Below are positions 1 through 11,416 of a DNA stretch of 64,000 nt, one piece after another. The notes beneath the pieces were generated by a model that had not been told where the DNA came from, did not search any database, and saw only the letters and a list, made by a program, of their open reading frames with translations. The DNA is from Malacoraja senta (taxonomy: Eukaryota): the NCBI GenBank assembly GCA_038087875.1, contig JAXLNO010005141.1, forward strand, positions 1 through 64,000, read 5' to 3'. Position 1 is the first letter of the stretch. Every line of letters starts with the position of its first letter. Both the position numbers and the translations under genes were made by a program.

Positions 1-349
1 AAGCCAGGGCCATAGGTTTCCCTCAGGTCCAGGCAGGGCTGTAGGTTAACCCGGCGGGACAGGCAGAGTTGAGCTGGGTTTAGCGCTGCTTCTCTGCGTT
101 GGCTGTGGGCCTGGGGGCACCACACCCGTCTGATTCCCGACATCTCTGGCCATCCCCGGGCGTGGGGGGGGCACTCGCGTGGGGACGGGACAGCGCCGGA
201 GAGCCGGCCGGGATCGATGCTGGCTGTGGATGAGGCCACATCCTGTGCCACATCTCCCTCCTCCAATCACCGCGCTGAATCATTATGTCCCGCCCCCATT
301 GCCTGCTGACCGATGTCTCTCTTGTCCAACTCGATCAGCAGTCCCACCC

Positions 350-489
350 CCAGTCTCGCGCAAAGCGGAGATTTCACCGGGTTTTAAAATCCGGATCACA
401 AAAAATGGGGGGGGGGGGGGATCGGCCCCCACCTCTCAAAACAGAGGGGGGCGTGTCCCCCCTGTCCCCCCTGGGATCTCCGCCCCCTG
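350..489. mobile_element. Probable end of a non-autonomous DNA transposon (hAT-like terminus)
   Basis: GC-rich block ending ...CCCCCTGGGATCTCCGCCCCCTG, the shape of a CAGGGG-type terminal inverted repeat (TIR); partner end not identified. Confidence 0.35.
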
Positions 490-2147
490 GAGCTCAGGGC
501 CTGGCAGACATTGACGCCAACAGAGACAACAACCTGGCTGCTCAACACCCGGCTTGAGATCTAACTATTCCTTTGGTTTATGTTTCATTCGCAAGAAGAA
601 GAAGCATTATTCTCATCTCAGCAAACAGCAAACTTAAGCAGAGGTGAGGACAGGCTGGGGACCTGCTCCTCAGGTCCAGCCAATGTCTTACACCGGAGCC
701 TCCAGCTATCTTGCTGAAACTATTATCACAGCTTAGTAAAAACCAAGGCACATCCTTTACAGCCAGAACCCAGATATTCAGTTACCACAGGTACATGTAT
801 CACTAAGAGAGCTTTAAAGGAATAAATTGCAGTTGAGGAACACTTATGTGCTCAATAATAGTATATTTGCTGTTCAATTTTTCATTTTTTTCCATTGTCA
901 TTTTTTCCACAATCCTATCATTAAATGTTGATCTACTCTGAATCTAATCTAATTATTATTTTATCACGTTTAACTTCCCAGCTGGTAATGTGGCTGTATC
1001 TACCTAAGCATTTCTTGCCCTTTGGATCCATGCTTTAATTTTTTAATACCGACAATTTAAATTTTGTATAAATTTTTCACGTTTTTACACTTGAGTTATA
1101 ATCACTGCGTAGATATCATATATTCTTCCAAAACACACAGGGAAATGCACACATTTCAAATTATATAACTACTGATGCAAATACTTATACATATACTGAT
1201 GGTCTCATCCATATAGATACAAATCTATAGATGCATGCGGACAGATATCTGTTTTTATACATGCATAGATGGATACACACTGCTCGATACACAAATACAC
1301 AGATTTGAATGGTACACAAACATATTCTGACATGAAGACACAGAGATAAAATATGCATTGATACTATTATGAAACAGACATAAGTATCCACATACATTAA
1401 AGGAAACATGGATTTCAAACAATAATGGAAATCATTTTAAATTGTAAATATAAATAGAAAATTAGTAATTCTGCTTATGAAAACGACATTGGAAAATAAT
1501 AAGCACAATAGGAACGACAGCTTCACATTCCAACTTACAATCAGTGAGTGTTCGCCAAGGAATCAGAATCCACTCAGCCAAGAGTCTGCAAGTTCCAACA
1601 AATCCCCGTGATAGAGCCCTTCAAACGCAACAAGCTTCCATCTCTCTCAGAATACCAACACTTCCCTCACCCTTTTGTTCATTGAACACTGCGTGCTGTC
1701 GGTCCAGTATTCACGCCGTTGTTCTGACATATCAGAGGAAGCAGGGATGATGGGTTTCTCTCAGTTGGACCACATCTTCATCTTGTGGTTTAAAAAGCAG
1801 AGAAGGGTGGATCAGGGGTTCTGGTGAACAGGAAAGCAAATCAGCATTAACTCCTTCAGTGGCAACATTGTATCACATACTCTTCCCGGAGGACAAAAAC
1901 ATTAGTAATGGCCTTGTCTGTCGTGCCCACAGACTCAAAATTAAAAACAAAAATATTTCAGATTGATCTTTTGAAACATTTCACGACCAAGTCCCTATTT
2001 GGCCAAACCCTAGATTGCAAGGGTCTATTCATATTCCTTCTCCACCCACACCCAATCCGTTCTCTGTGGTGAACCACGAATTAATGATTCAAATGACAAT
2101 TTGCTTGTGGAAGCTAATTCCTAGTTGCTAAATAGTTTTAATTGAAA

Positions 2148-2752
2148 GATACAGCAGGGAAACAGACCCTTCAGCCCACCAAGTCCATGCCGATCATCAT
2201 TCACCTCTTCATGCTGGTTCCATGTTATCTCATTTTCACATCCACTCCCTACACACTAGGGGCAATTTACAGAGGGCCGATTAACCTACAGCCCCGCATG
2301 TATGTGGATACTTATGTCAATAGTATCAATGCATATTTTATCTCTGTGTCTTCATGTCAGAATATGTTTGTGTACCATTCAAATCCGTGTATTTGTGTAT
2401 CTAGCAGTGTGTATCCATCTATGCATGTATAAAAACAGATGTCTGAAGAAGGGTTTCGGCCCGAAAAACGTCGCCTATTACCTTCGCTCCATAGATGCTG
2501 CCGCACCCGCTGAGTTTCTCCAGCACTTTTGTCTACCTTCGATTCTCCAGCATCTGCAGTTCCTTCTTGAACCTACAACCCCGCATGTCTTTGGGATGTG
2601 GGAGGAAAACCGGAGCCATGTGGTCACGGGGGGGGGGGGGGGGGGGGGGAGAACGTGCAAACTCCACACGGACAGCATCCGAGGTCAGGATTGAAGCCTG
2701 TCCTCTGGTGATGCGAGGCAGAAGCTCTACCAGCTGTACCACTGTGCCACCA
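2148..2752 (-). mobile_element. tRNA-derived V-SINE (HE1-like), interrupted by an insertion at 2302-2569
   Basis: Minus strand GGTGGCACAGTGGTACAGCTGGTAGAGC tRNA-like head, V-domain-like GGAGTTTGCACGTTCTCC...CTCCCACATCCCAAAGACATG, LINE-like tail. Confidence 0.8.
2441..2570 (+). mobile_element. Penelope-derived short element (pseudo-LTR fragment with hammerhead-like core)
   Basis: CTGAAGAAGGGTTTCGGCCCGAAA...CCAGCATCTGCAGTTCCTTCTTGAAC; same family as 16791, 30185, 53190 and 55735. Confidence 0.75.
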
Positions 2753-2828
2753 ATAATAATATTCGATGTCCTCCAGCAAACTTAATTTGAATGCAAAGAA
2801 GCAGTAACGCTTTAACACTGGAAGCTCC

Positions 2829-2832
<4 letters not shown>

Positions 2833-2865
<33 letters not shown>
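2833..2865. repeat. (CA)n microsatellite
   Basis: About 16 perfect CA units. Confidence 0.97.
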
Positions 2866-2866
<1 letters not shown>

Positions 2867-3835
2867 AGTATTTCAGTCAGATGACCTCACTAATAAATGA
2901 ATAATTAACGGAACTGATTATGCAAAGATCACCACTCTTGCAGGTAGAGCTCAGATCTTAATAACCCACTAGGGGAAAAAAAAAATCAATGCCCTCTCCA
3001 CATCCCTTCATCCCACCCGGCCAGTCAAAACAGCTTCTGCTATTCCACTCCATCAACACCTGTCATATTTTTTTTATTAGATCTCACTTTCCTTCACTGT
3101 CTGAAACACAATCCCATCTTAATACCCAGCTTATCCCAGCTGAAGCCTCTCATTCCTGGAACTGTCTGAGATCTCTGTGCTCTCTCCCAAGCTCCGATCT
3201 GCTTCACTGCAGTAAGTGCCTGGAACGCCCCCCCTCCTCGGTGATATCCCACATACAAGTCTGGCAGGGCTTCCTGACGTTTGCACTAAAAGCGAGATGT
3301 GGTGGTAGCAGCAGTATCACAAGTTTGGAGGGAGGAGAGACGTTTGTGGGAGGGATTAAAATACCATCAAATGAGAACTGGTTTGTCTGCGACCATGCTT
3401 AGTTCCAGTTCAGCTGTGAGGAATTGGCGGCTTTCAAATCCAGGTCATCAGTTCTCAAGGGGCAGTTCAGATTCCCAGCGTTATATTCAATGGCTGTATC
3501 GAGCTCAGGAAATCTCTCAGCTGACAGGAGACAGGGAGTGTTGGCAGCAGCAGATAAATGTTTATCCAGAACTTACCCAATACTCATTCACACATCTTCA
3601 ACTAATCCCTTAAGATATGATCGTCCTCTCCTGGATTCACGGCAAGTTCTACCCCTCGTGATTCTTTCCTTCAGCAATCTCTTCCACACTCTCTGTAACC
3701 ACTGTCCCATAGCCCCTTCCCCAGCAACTTTCTCCACCACCGTCTCTGCCCTCTCGACTCACAATTTCTCCCCTTCTGCCTATCGCTGCTCCCCCCACAG
3801 ACCTCTCCTCCTTATCTCAATCCTGCGGTGTCTCT

Positions 3836-4970
3836 CCAATCCAATCCAATCCAATCCAATTCAACTTTAATGTCATTGCACAAATACTGATTATGGGTAC
3901 AACGAAATGCAGTTTTGCATCAGTCCGTAGTATAGCAATATAGATTTTTTTTAAAAGAGGATACAGAATAATAAAAAAAAATACAGAATAATAAACAATG
4001 GGGACGGAGGGACCGGAGGAATCTATCGGCGGGACTCGAGTTCAGCAATGCGACGGTATGATTGTAGAAGCTGTTCCTCATCCTACTGGTACGAGACCTG
4101 AGGCTCCTGTACCGCCTCCCTGATGGAGGAGGGGGCAAAACAGTCCATGGTTGGGGTGGGAGGGGTCTTAATGATCTTCCCAGCCCGTTTCAGACACCGT
4201 TTTCGGTGGAGGGCATCCATGGCAGGGAGCGGGGCACCGATGATGTGCTGCGCGGTTTTCACCACCCGTTGTAGTGCCTTCCTGTCCGCAACAGTGCAGC
4301 TGCTGTACCATACCGTGAAGCAGGTGGTCAGGATACTCTCGATGGTACACCGGTAGAAGTTGGTCAGGATCCGGGGGGACAGGTGGGCTTTCGTGAGCCT
4401 CCTCATGAAGTAAAGGCGCTGCTGTGCCTTTTAGATCAGCTTGGAGGTGTTGAGGGACCAGGACAAATCCTTCGAGATGTGAACCCCGAGGAATTTGTAG
4501 CTGGAGACGCGCTCCACCTCAGTCCGTTTATATGGATGGGGGTATGTCTGCCCCCACTGACCTTCCTGAAGTCGACAATAATTTCCTTCGTCTTCTTGGA
4601 GTTGAGGACGAGGTTATTGTTGCACACCAGGTTGTCAGGTGCTGGACCTCCTCTCTGTAGGCTGACTCATCGTTGTCACTGATCAGTCCTACCACCGTGG
4701 TGTCGTCAGCAAACTTAATGATGGCGTTGGATCCGTACTTAGGGATGCAGTCGTGGGTGAAGAGGGAGTAGAGGGAGAGGGCTGAGCACACAGCCCCTGT
4801 GGCACGCCGGTGTTCAGTGTTATAGTGGAGGAGGTGAGGTTGTTGACCCTAACAGACTGTGGTCTGTTGGTGAGGAAATCCAGTGTCCAGTTGCAGAGGG
4901 AGGTGGAGATGCCAAGCCCGCTGAGTTTGGTGATCAAGCTGGCGGGGATGACAGTATTAAAAGCGGAGCA
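3836..4970 (-). mobile_element. Rex1/Babar-type LINE 3' fragment (frameshifted reverse transcriptase, RT)
   Basis: [56 protein letters not shown]; (TTGGA)n 3' tail at 3836-3860. Confidence 0.92.
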
Positions 4971-5036
4971 GTATTAAAAGCAGTATTAAAATCTCTCTCC
5001 CGAGGATCCCCTCCTCTCCCCCACGCCAGGAACCCT

Positions 5037-5432
5037 CATAGTCATAGTCATCGAGTGATACAGCGTGGAAACAGGCCCTTCGGCCCAACTTGTCCACACC
5101 GGCCGACATCTTCTTCTTCTTTCGTGTGGCGTGCACAGCCTAAAGTTGTAGGACAACTTGTTCTATTGATCTTCCGTTTGTGCACGTCGAGTTGATTGCA
5201 TTAGTCGAAACAGGGCGGACCACGTGAAGGTTGCAATCTTCCACCACACTGGCCGACATGTCCCAGCTACACTAGTCCCAGCTGCCTGCTTTTGCTCAAA
5301 TATCCCTTCAAACCTGTCCTATCCATGTACCTGTCTAACTGTTTCTTAAATGTTGGGATAGTCCCAGCCTCAACTACCTCCTCTGGCAGCTCGTTCCATA
5401 CACTCACCGCCCTTTGTGTGAAGATCTCTCCT
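5037..5432 (-). mobile_element. CR1 LINE 3' end, interrupted at 5110-5243
   Basis: GAGGAGGTAGTTGAGGCTGGGACTAT..TTAGACAGGTACATGGATAG..GGGCCGAAGGGCCTGTTTCC; (ATGACT)n tail. Confidence 0.85.
5110..5243 (-). mobile_element. Short retroposed insert with (AAG)n tail and 16-bp TSD
   Basis: CCACAC(C/T)GGCCGACAT duplicated at 5094-5109 and 5244-5259; (CTT)4 at the left end. Confidence 0.75.
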
Positions 5433-5693
5433 TGTGATTTGTCCAGAGGTTTCTACTCAGCAATCCCTTTCTCCTGTGGTTTGCCATTGGTATTTCTCCC
5501 CGACATCCCATCTTTTACTTTTCATATCTTCACACATTAAAAAAACACAGATGAAATTAGAGCACCTGGAGGAAACACAGTTACAGAGAGAAATAAAATT
5601 TCACAAAGGCTGCACTGGCGTCCAGGATAGATTCACAAATCTTACATGATAACCCAGACCAACCATCTGTGGAAATGGTTTCCCTTTATATCC

Positions 5694-6002
5694 ATTGCTC
5701 CCCGTTGGATTGCAACCTTGTCGTGGTCGGGGTCCTTGTGTGTCTCAGTGACCCCTAAAGCTATGCCAGCGGGAGATTCGTCTCCTGTTAGGGTCTCCCA
5801 TGCTGGACAGGTCGAAGGGTAGAGAGGCGAGACGAAGAGTGATCCACTGGTCCTCGAGGTTGGAGGTTGAGCACAGGGCTAACAACCCTGTCTCGTAAAA
5901 CAAATATGTTACGGAAACAGCAACTGAAGGAATCAACAGGAGTGGAGGGCCTTCATTGCTGCCCTACATGACAGGAGGCATAATTGGCATTAAGTAAGTA
6001 AG
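5694..6002 (+). mobile_element. Bipartite non-autonomous RTE-derived element (5' leader fused to 3' end)
   Basis: RTE-like leader CCTTGTCGTGG..AGAGTGATCCACTGGTCCTC..GGGCTAACAACCCTGTCTCGTAAAA; (TAAG)n tail; TSD TATATCC at 5687-5693 and 6003-6009. Confidence 0.75.
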
Positions 6003-6252
6003 TATATCCCTTTAAATGGACAACATTATTCAGCAGAAAATCCCGATGATCAGTTATCGAACAGGAATGGGACTGCACTAATATTTACCAACAGACAGTG
6101 ACTCCTTCATCAGGATTTGAGTCGGAGCAAGAGACGAGGACCTGTCTGAATTTAAGACAACTGAAGGCCAAGGATATTTAATCTCCAGGTCCTTTGGTAC
6201 AGATCTTGTCCATCTACCTGTCTCCTGCCCAAAAGCGACAATTATAACAGAG

Positions 6253-6480
6253 ATACACAATAGACAATAAACAATAGGTGCAGGAGTAGGCCATTTGGCC
6301 ATTCGTGCCAGCACCGCCATTCAATGTGATCATGGCTGATCATCCCCAATCAGTACCCCATTCCTGCCTTCTCCCCATATCCCCTGACTCTGCTATTTTT
6401 AAGAGCCTTATCTAGCTCTCTCTTGAAAGTATTCAGAGAACCGGCCTCCACCGCCCTCTGAGGCAGAGAATTCCACAGAT
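6253..6480 (-). mobile_element. CR1 LINE 3' end
   Basis: WNSLPQRAVEA-type coding end, CR1 3' UTR, (ATTGTCT)n tail. Confidence 0.88.
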
Positions 6481-6806
6481 AGGTAGGAAAAAATATTTGA
6501 CAAGGTTGGGATTGAGGAGATTGCTACAGAACCTTCTGGAATCCATCCAACCCGAGTTGTCAACCTTATTATTTTCCCTTTCACAGTTTAATAGTTAACG
6601 TGGCCGTAGAATCATATACTAGCGGAATTGCAGTAATTTGCTCTTTAGCTGACCTTGTATATGCTGACCGTTAAGTACACCTTGATAATGGTGTGATACA
6701 TTAGTAAAACAACATTGCAGCTCAGGGCTGGTTCCCGTCATAGATATAGCATGCAGCATTGCCACACTGATCGGGAAACACTCCACTTAATTTAACTACT
6801 TATGTT

Positions 6807-7245
6807 AATAGACAATAGACAATAGATGCAGTAGGCCATTCGACCCTTCGAGCCAGCACCGCCATTCAATGTGATCATGGCTGATCATCCCCAATCAGTA
6901 CCCCCATTCCTGCCTTCTCCCCATATCCCCCTGACTGCGCTATCTTCAAGAGCCCTATCTAGCTCTCTCTTGAAAGCATCCAGAGAACCTGCCTCCACCG
7001 CCCTCTGAGGCAGAGAATTCCACAGACTCACCACTCTCTGTGAGAAAAAGTGTTTCCTCGCCTCCGTTCTAAATGGCTTACTCCTTATTCTTAAACTGTG
7101 GCCCCTGGTTCTGGACTCCCCCAACATCGGGAACATGTTTCCTGCCTCTAGCGTGTCCAAACCCTTAATAATCCTATATGTTTCAATGAGATCCCCTCTC
7201 ATCCTTCTAAACTCCAGAGTGTACAAGCCCAGCTGCTCCATTCTC
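6807..7245 (-). mobile_element. CR1 LINE 3' end (ORF2 C-terminus)
   Basis: LGLYTLEFRRMRGDLIETYRIIKGLD..TRGHSLRI..FFSQRVVSLWNSLP. Confidence 0.93.
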
Positions 7246-7421
7246 GTAAGTGAGTTAATTTCCCTTAATGCCAGAGGGAGAAGATTAGGACACTTTCTTA
7301 TAACTGTCTCCGATTCACTTCTTGAGTTGCAAATCACTTTGTTCATTATTACCCAAACAGCATGTTTGCGTAGGACCATTTTCATCCTTGATGATGTCAA
7401 TTGGCATAAACCACTTTATTC

Positions 7422-7636
7422 GTGTGAAGTGTGAAAGATACGTCTTCTAGATGCGCTGGGACGCATCCTCAGTGATGTGACCTGCGGGTCATTGGGTGTT
7501 TCGGGTCTCACAACATCAGGCACCCTCACCCAGGCGACCCAGCCGGGGTTGATCAGCCCCCGACTTGCGTCCCAGCGACTTGCAACCGCCCACGGATCAG
7601 CCCTCTTAATCCAAAGCCACGTCACCTGAATGGAAT
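7422..7636 (-). mobile_element. 5'-truncated HERO/NeSL-like (restriction-like endonuclease) non-LTR retrotransposon 3' end with structured 3' UTR
   Basis: C-terminal WLWIKRADPW motif recalled for HERO-type ORFs; (TTCACAC)2 tail; 7-bp TSD TTTATTC at 7415-7421 and 7637-7643. Confidence 0.7.
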
Positions 7637-8203
7637 TTTATTCTGAAAAACTGCCCTATGAACAGTGGGACCACAAATCGTGAAATGGCTCTTATCCAGA
7701 GGGTTTAGTTACCTGCTTCTCATGAGTCAAAGGGCCTGACTCAATATAAGCTGCTGCTGGCACCAGTTCCTGCCAACTTTCCAGTCTTTTCAATGTCTCA
7801 TTGTTACTGATCAACCCATCCCACTACCATTCCTGCCAATCTTCTCCAGGCCTTGCATATTATTCCGGGCATCACCAGCCAACCACCCCATGTTGCCTTC
7901 TTTAACAAAGGTCCACTAATCACCTCCTCACCAGGAATCCACTCCCCAACCTCTCCAGGAATTCTCCCCGCAACCTCTGGTCCTCGGCACCTGTCCTCTC
8001 TACATCCTTAACCAACTGATCATGTGTCCTTCGTGCCCTCCACTCTCGGTAGGGTGGAGATTGTTGAGGAGTGGTCTTTGCGCAGGTTTACATGCATGAG
8101 GCGAATTCCACTGGATGCAATGATTTGGGTCTTGTATGCAGCAAAAATACTGGTGGCTGAACTGTATGCCCCCAGTATCCCCCTATCACTTTAAAAAGAT
8201 TTA

Positions 8204-8406
8204 AGGGCCTGTCCTACTTGGGCGTAATTTGTGCGTAATTTACGCGGCATCATTTATGCGTCACGACACACGGCGCGCGCATGGTGCACATTACACGTGC
8301 ATGGTGCATGGTGCCATATGCAAGGTCGCACGTGGCGCCCCCAAGATTTTGGGATGTACAAAATCTTCGCGCGCCATCTGCGTGACGCCCAAGTGGGACA
8401 GGCCCT
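8204..8406. mobile_element. PIF/Harbinger-type MITE
   Basis: TIR AGGGCCTGTCC(T/C)ACTTGGGCG; TTA TSD at 8201-8203 and 8407-8409. Confidence 0.85.
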
Positions 8407-9109
8407 TTACTGCTTCCCCGCTTGTTTCCTTTTATTAAATGCATCATGTTTGACACAGACATTGTGGCTCAAAGGGCCTGTTTTTGTGCTGTAATGCTAC
8501 GTGTTCTTTGCTACAATATCCCCCTCTTACGATCACAAGGCCGTAATTCTCTGCGAGCCTTGTCTTTTTAGCATGAATACTCCCAAGCAAAAGGCCCGCT
8601 GGGAAAAGAAATGAAGAAGTTTATTCGGTGAGTTTACAGCCGCAGAACATTCAAAAGCTTTTAAATCAATGATGCAGCGTTGATGTGCCCCTATGTACTG
8701 CAGAGGACAGAACCAAACCTCGAAGGTCCATTATGTACATGCCAAGCATCAAATATCAACCTAATCCACCTGCCACATCTCAGTACTTGCTCCACTGCCT
8801 GCTATGCCTTGATGATTCAAGTGCTCATTGAAATTCTTCTTAAATTGTGTGGGAGTACCTTCCTCCAGAGTCCAGCCACCCCTGAATGAAAAAAAAACCA
8901 TTTGTCAAATCTCCTCTATATTTCTTCCTCCTATCCTTAAAACAATGCTGTCTAGTTTTAGACACCTGTGAGAAATATAGGGAACCAAATTGTACACAAT
9001 AATCTCATTACCTCATCATGTTTCAGTGATGATGAATGAGGAATTGACATTAGCATCAACTCCTACTTCCTGACTGTTTTCCTCAAATTGTTGCTATGTG
9101 CTACCTGGT

Positions 9110-9693
9110 CATAAGTTCTAGGAGTAGAATTAGGCCATTCGGCCCATCTAGTCTACTCCGCCATTCAATCATGGCTGATCTACCTCTCCCTCCTAACCCC
9201 ATTCTCCAGCCTTCTCCCCATAACCTTTGACACCTGTACTAATCAAGAATCTATCTATCTCTGCCTTAAAAAATATCCACTGACTTGACCTCTACAGGCT
9301 TCTGTGGCAAAGAATTCCACAGATTCACCACCCTCTGACGAACTAAATGTCCCCTCAACTCCTTCCTAAAGGAACGTACTTTAATTCTGAGGCTATGACA
9401 TGTAGTTTAGACCCCCTCCCCCGCTAATGGAAGCATTCTCTCCACATCCACTCTATCCAAGCCTTTCACTATTCTGAATGTTTCAATGAGGTCTCCCCTC
9501 ATTCTTCTAAAATCCAGCGAGTACAGGCCACTCATCGTAGGTTACCCTACTCGTTGCTGGGATCATTCTTGTAAGCCTCCTCTGGACCTTCTCCAGAGCC
9601 AGCACATCCTTCCTTAGATATGGTGCCCAAAATTGCTCACAATATTCCAAATACGGCCGTACCAGCGCCTGATAGAGCCTCAACATTACATCC
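9110..9693 (-). mobile_element. CR1 LINE 3' fragment, degenerate
   Basis: Minus strand YQALVRPYLEYCEQFWAPYLRKDVLALEKVQRR; CR1 3' UTR. Confidence 0.88.
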
Positions 9694-10019
9694 CTAGTGT
9701 AATGTAAAGTCAGGGGATTAGATATTTATACTCAAGCCTCTGGCTAGCCACAACTTTGCTTCTTATGCAGTCCTTGGACTAAAGGGTGACCTTGCGTGGG
9801 CATGGTGTTAACTGGTGTACAGAGGGGGCAATAGGTGGCCAACAGGGCAGATAGGACAATGGTTTAAGAGATGGTGCATTCCTTCTGCCAGTTTCAAAAC
9901 AAGTTTATGTGTGATATAGATGCTTGGCCCCAAAGGTCTCCATAACATCCCAAGCTGGGTACAGGTAGTTCTGCTATAAAACATGTTTCCATAACATGAA
10001 TTGGATAGAATGCAAGTAG

Positions 10020-11036
10020 CAGAAACATAGAAAATAGGTGCAGGAGTAGGCCATTCAGCCCTTTGAGCCAGCACCACCATTCAATATGATCATGGCTGAT
10101 CATCCAAAATCAGTACCCTGTTCCTGCTTTCTCCCCATATCCCATGATTCAATTAGCCCTAAGAGCTCTATCTAACTCTCTCTTGAAACCATCCAGTGAA
10201 TTGGCCTCCACTGCCTTCTGTGGCAGAGAATTCCACAGATTCACAACTCTTAGGGTGAAAATGTGTTTCCTCATCTCAGTCCTAAATGGCCTAACCCTAT
10301 ATAACCATATAACCATATAACAATGACAGCACGGAAACAGGCCATCTCGACCCTTCTAGTCCGTGCCGAACACGTATTCTCCCCTAGTCCCATATACCTG
10401 CGCTCAGACCATAACCCTCCATTCCTTTCCCGTCCATATAACTATCCAATTTATTTTTAAATGATAAAAACGAACCTGCCTCCACCACCTTCACTGGAAG
10501 CTCATTCCACACAGCCACCACTCTCTGAGTAAAGAAGTTCCCCCTCATGTTACCCCTAAACTTCTGTCCCTTAATTCTCAAGTCATGTCCCCTTGTTTGA
10601 ATCTTCCCTACTCTCAATGGGAAAAGCTTATCCACGTCAACTCTGTCTATCCCTCTCATCATTTTAAAGACCTCTATCAAGTCCCCCCTTAACCTTCTGC
10701 GCTCCAAAGAATAAAGCCCTAACTTGTTCAACCTTTCTCTGTAACTTAGTTGTTGAAACCCAGGCAACATTCTAGTAAATCTCCTCTGTACTCTCTCTAT
10801 TTTGTTGACATCCTTCCTATAATTAGGCGACCAAAATTGTACACCATACTCCAGAATTGGCCTCACCAATGCCTTGTATTCTTAAATTGTGACCCCTGGT
10901 TCTGGAATCCCCCAACATCAGGAACATTTATTCTGTATCTAGCCTGTCCAATCCCTTAATAATTTTATATGTTTGTATAAGATCCCCTCTCATCCAACTA
11001 AATTCCAGTGAATACAAGCCCAGTCGACCCATTCTT
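10020..11036 (-). mobile_element. CR1 LINE 3' end (host of nested CR1)
   Basis: CR1 3' UTR at 10020-10297; the ORF2 end resumes at about 10878-11036. Confidence 0.88.
10299..10878 (-). mobile_element. Younger CR1 subfamily 3' fragment nested in CR1
   Basis: Open 161-aa frame VRPILEYGVQFWSP..RRLRGDLIEVFK..FFTQRVVAVWNELP; (ATATGGTT)n tail. Confidence 0.92.
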
Positions 11037-11416
11037 GAATGTCGACCATAAAATTTGGAAACTTTTTTTAGATTATAAGGACCAAAATGTTTCTTAAGTT
11101 ATTTCATGTGGGAACTATAGAACCACATAAAAGTTACTTTGAAAAGTAACAGTAAAAAAACTGTCTTTGATTTAAACAGCACAAGGGACAAAGGTTTCTA
11201 TGTAACCTTCCCACAGTAATCAAACTCAGTTGCTACTTTAACAACAGATGGCCATGGAAATTGATAAGCATTTGCTTTTAATGACATTTGTGCAATAATA
11301 TTCTATTAAACAATGTAGAGTACAACCTTTTATATTGTTTACCCTATATTAAAAATAAACATTGCAAAATACCATTTAAAAATAATCCTGTCGGAAAGGT
11401 AACATTGTTATTCTAA

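Noticed and set aside
46-557. Overlapping GC-rich ORFs as a first coding exon or CpG-island gene
   Set aside because: Low-complexity Pro/Gly/Arg translations in several frames, G-runs and a transposon-like terminus. No recognisable protein.
6885-7400. 171-aa ORF as a novel fusion protein
   Set aside because: Chance read-through from unique DNA into a truncated CR1 ORF2 end.
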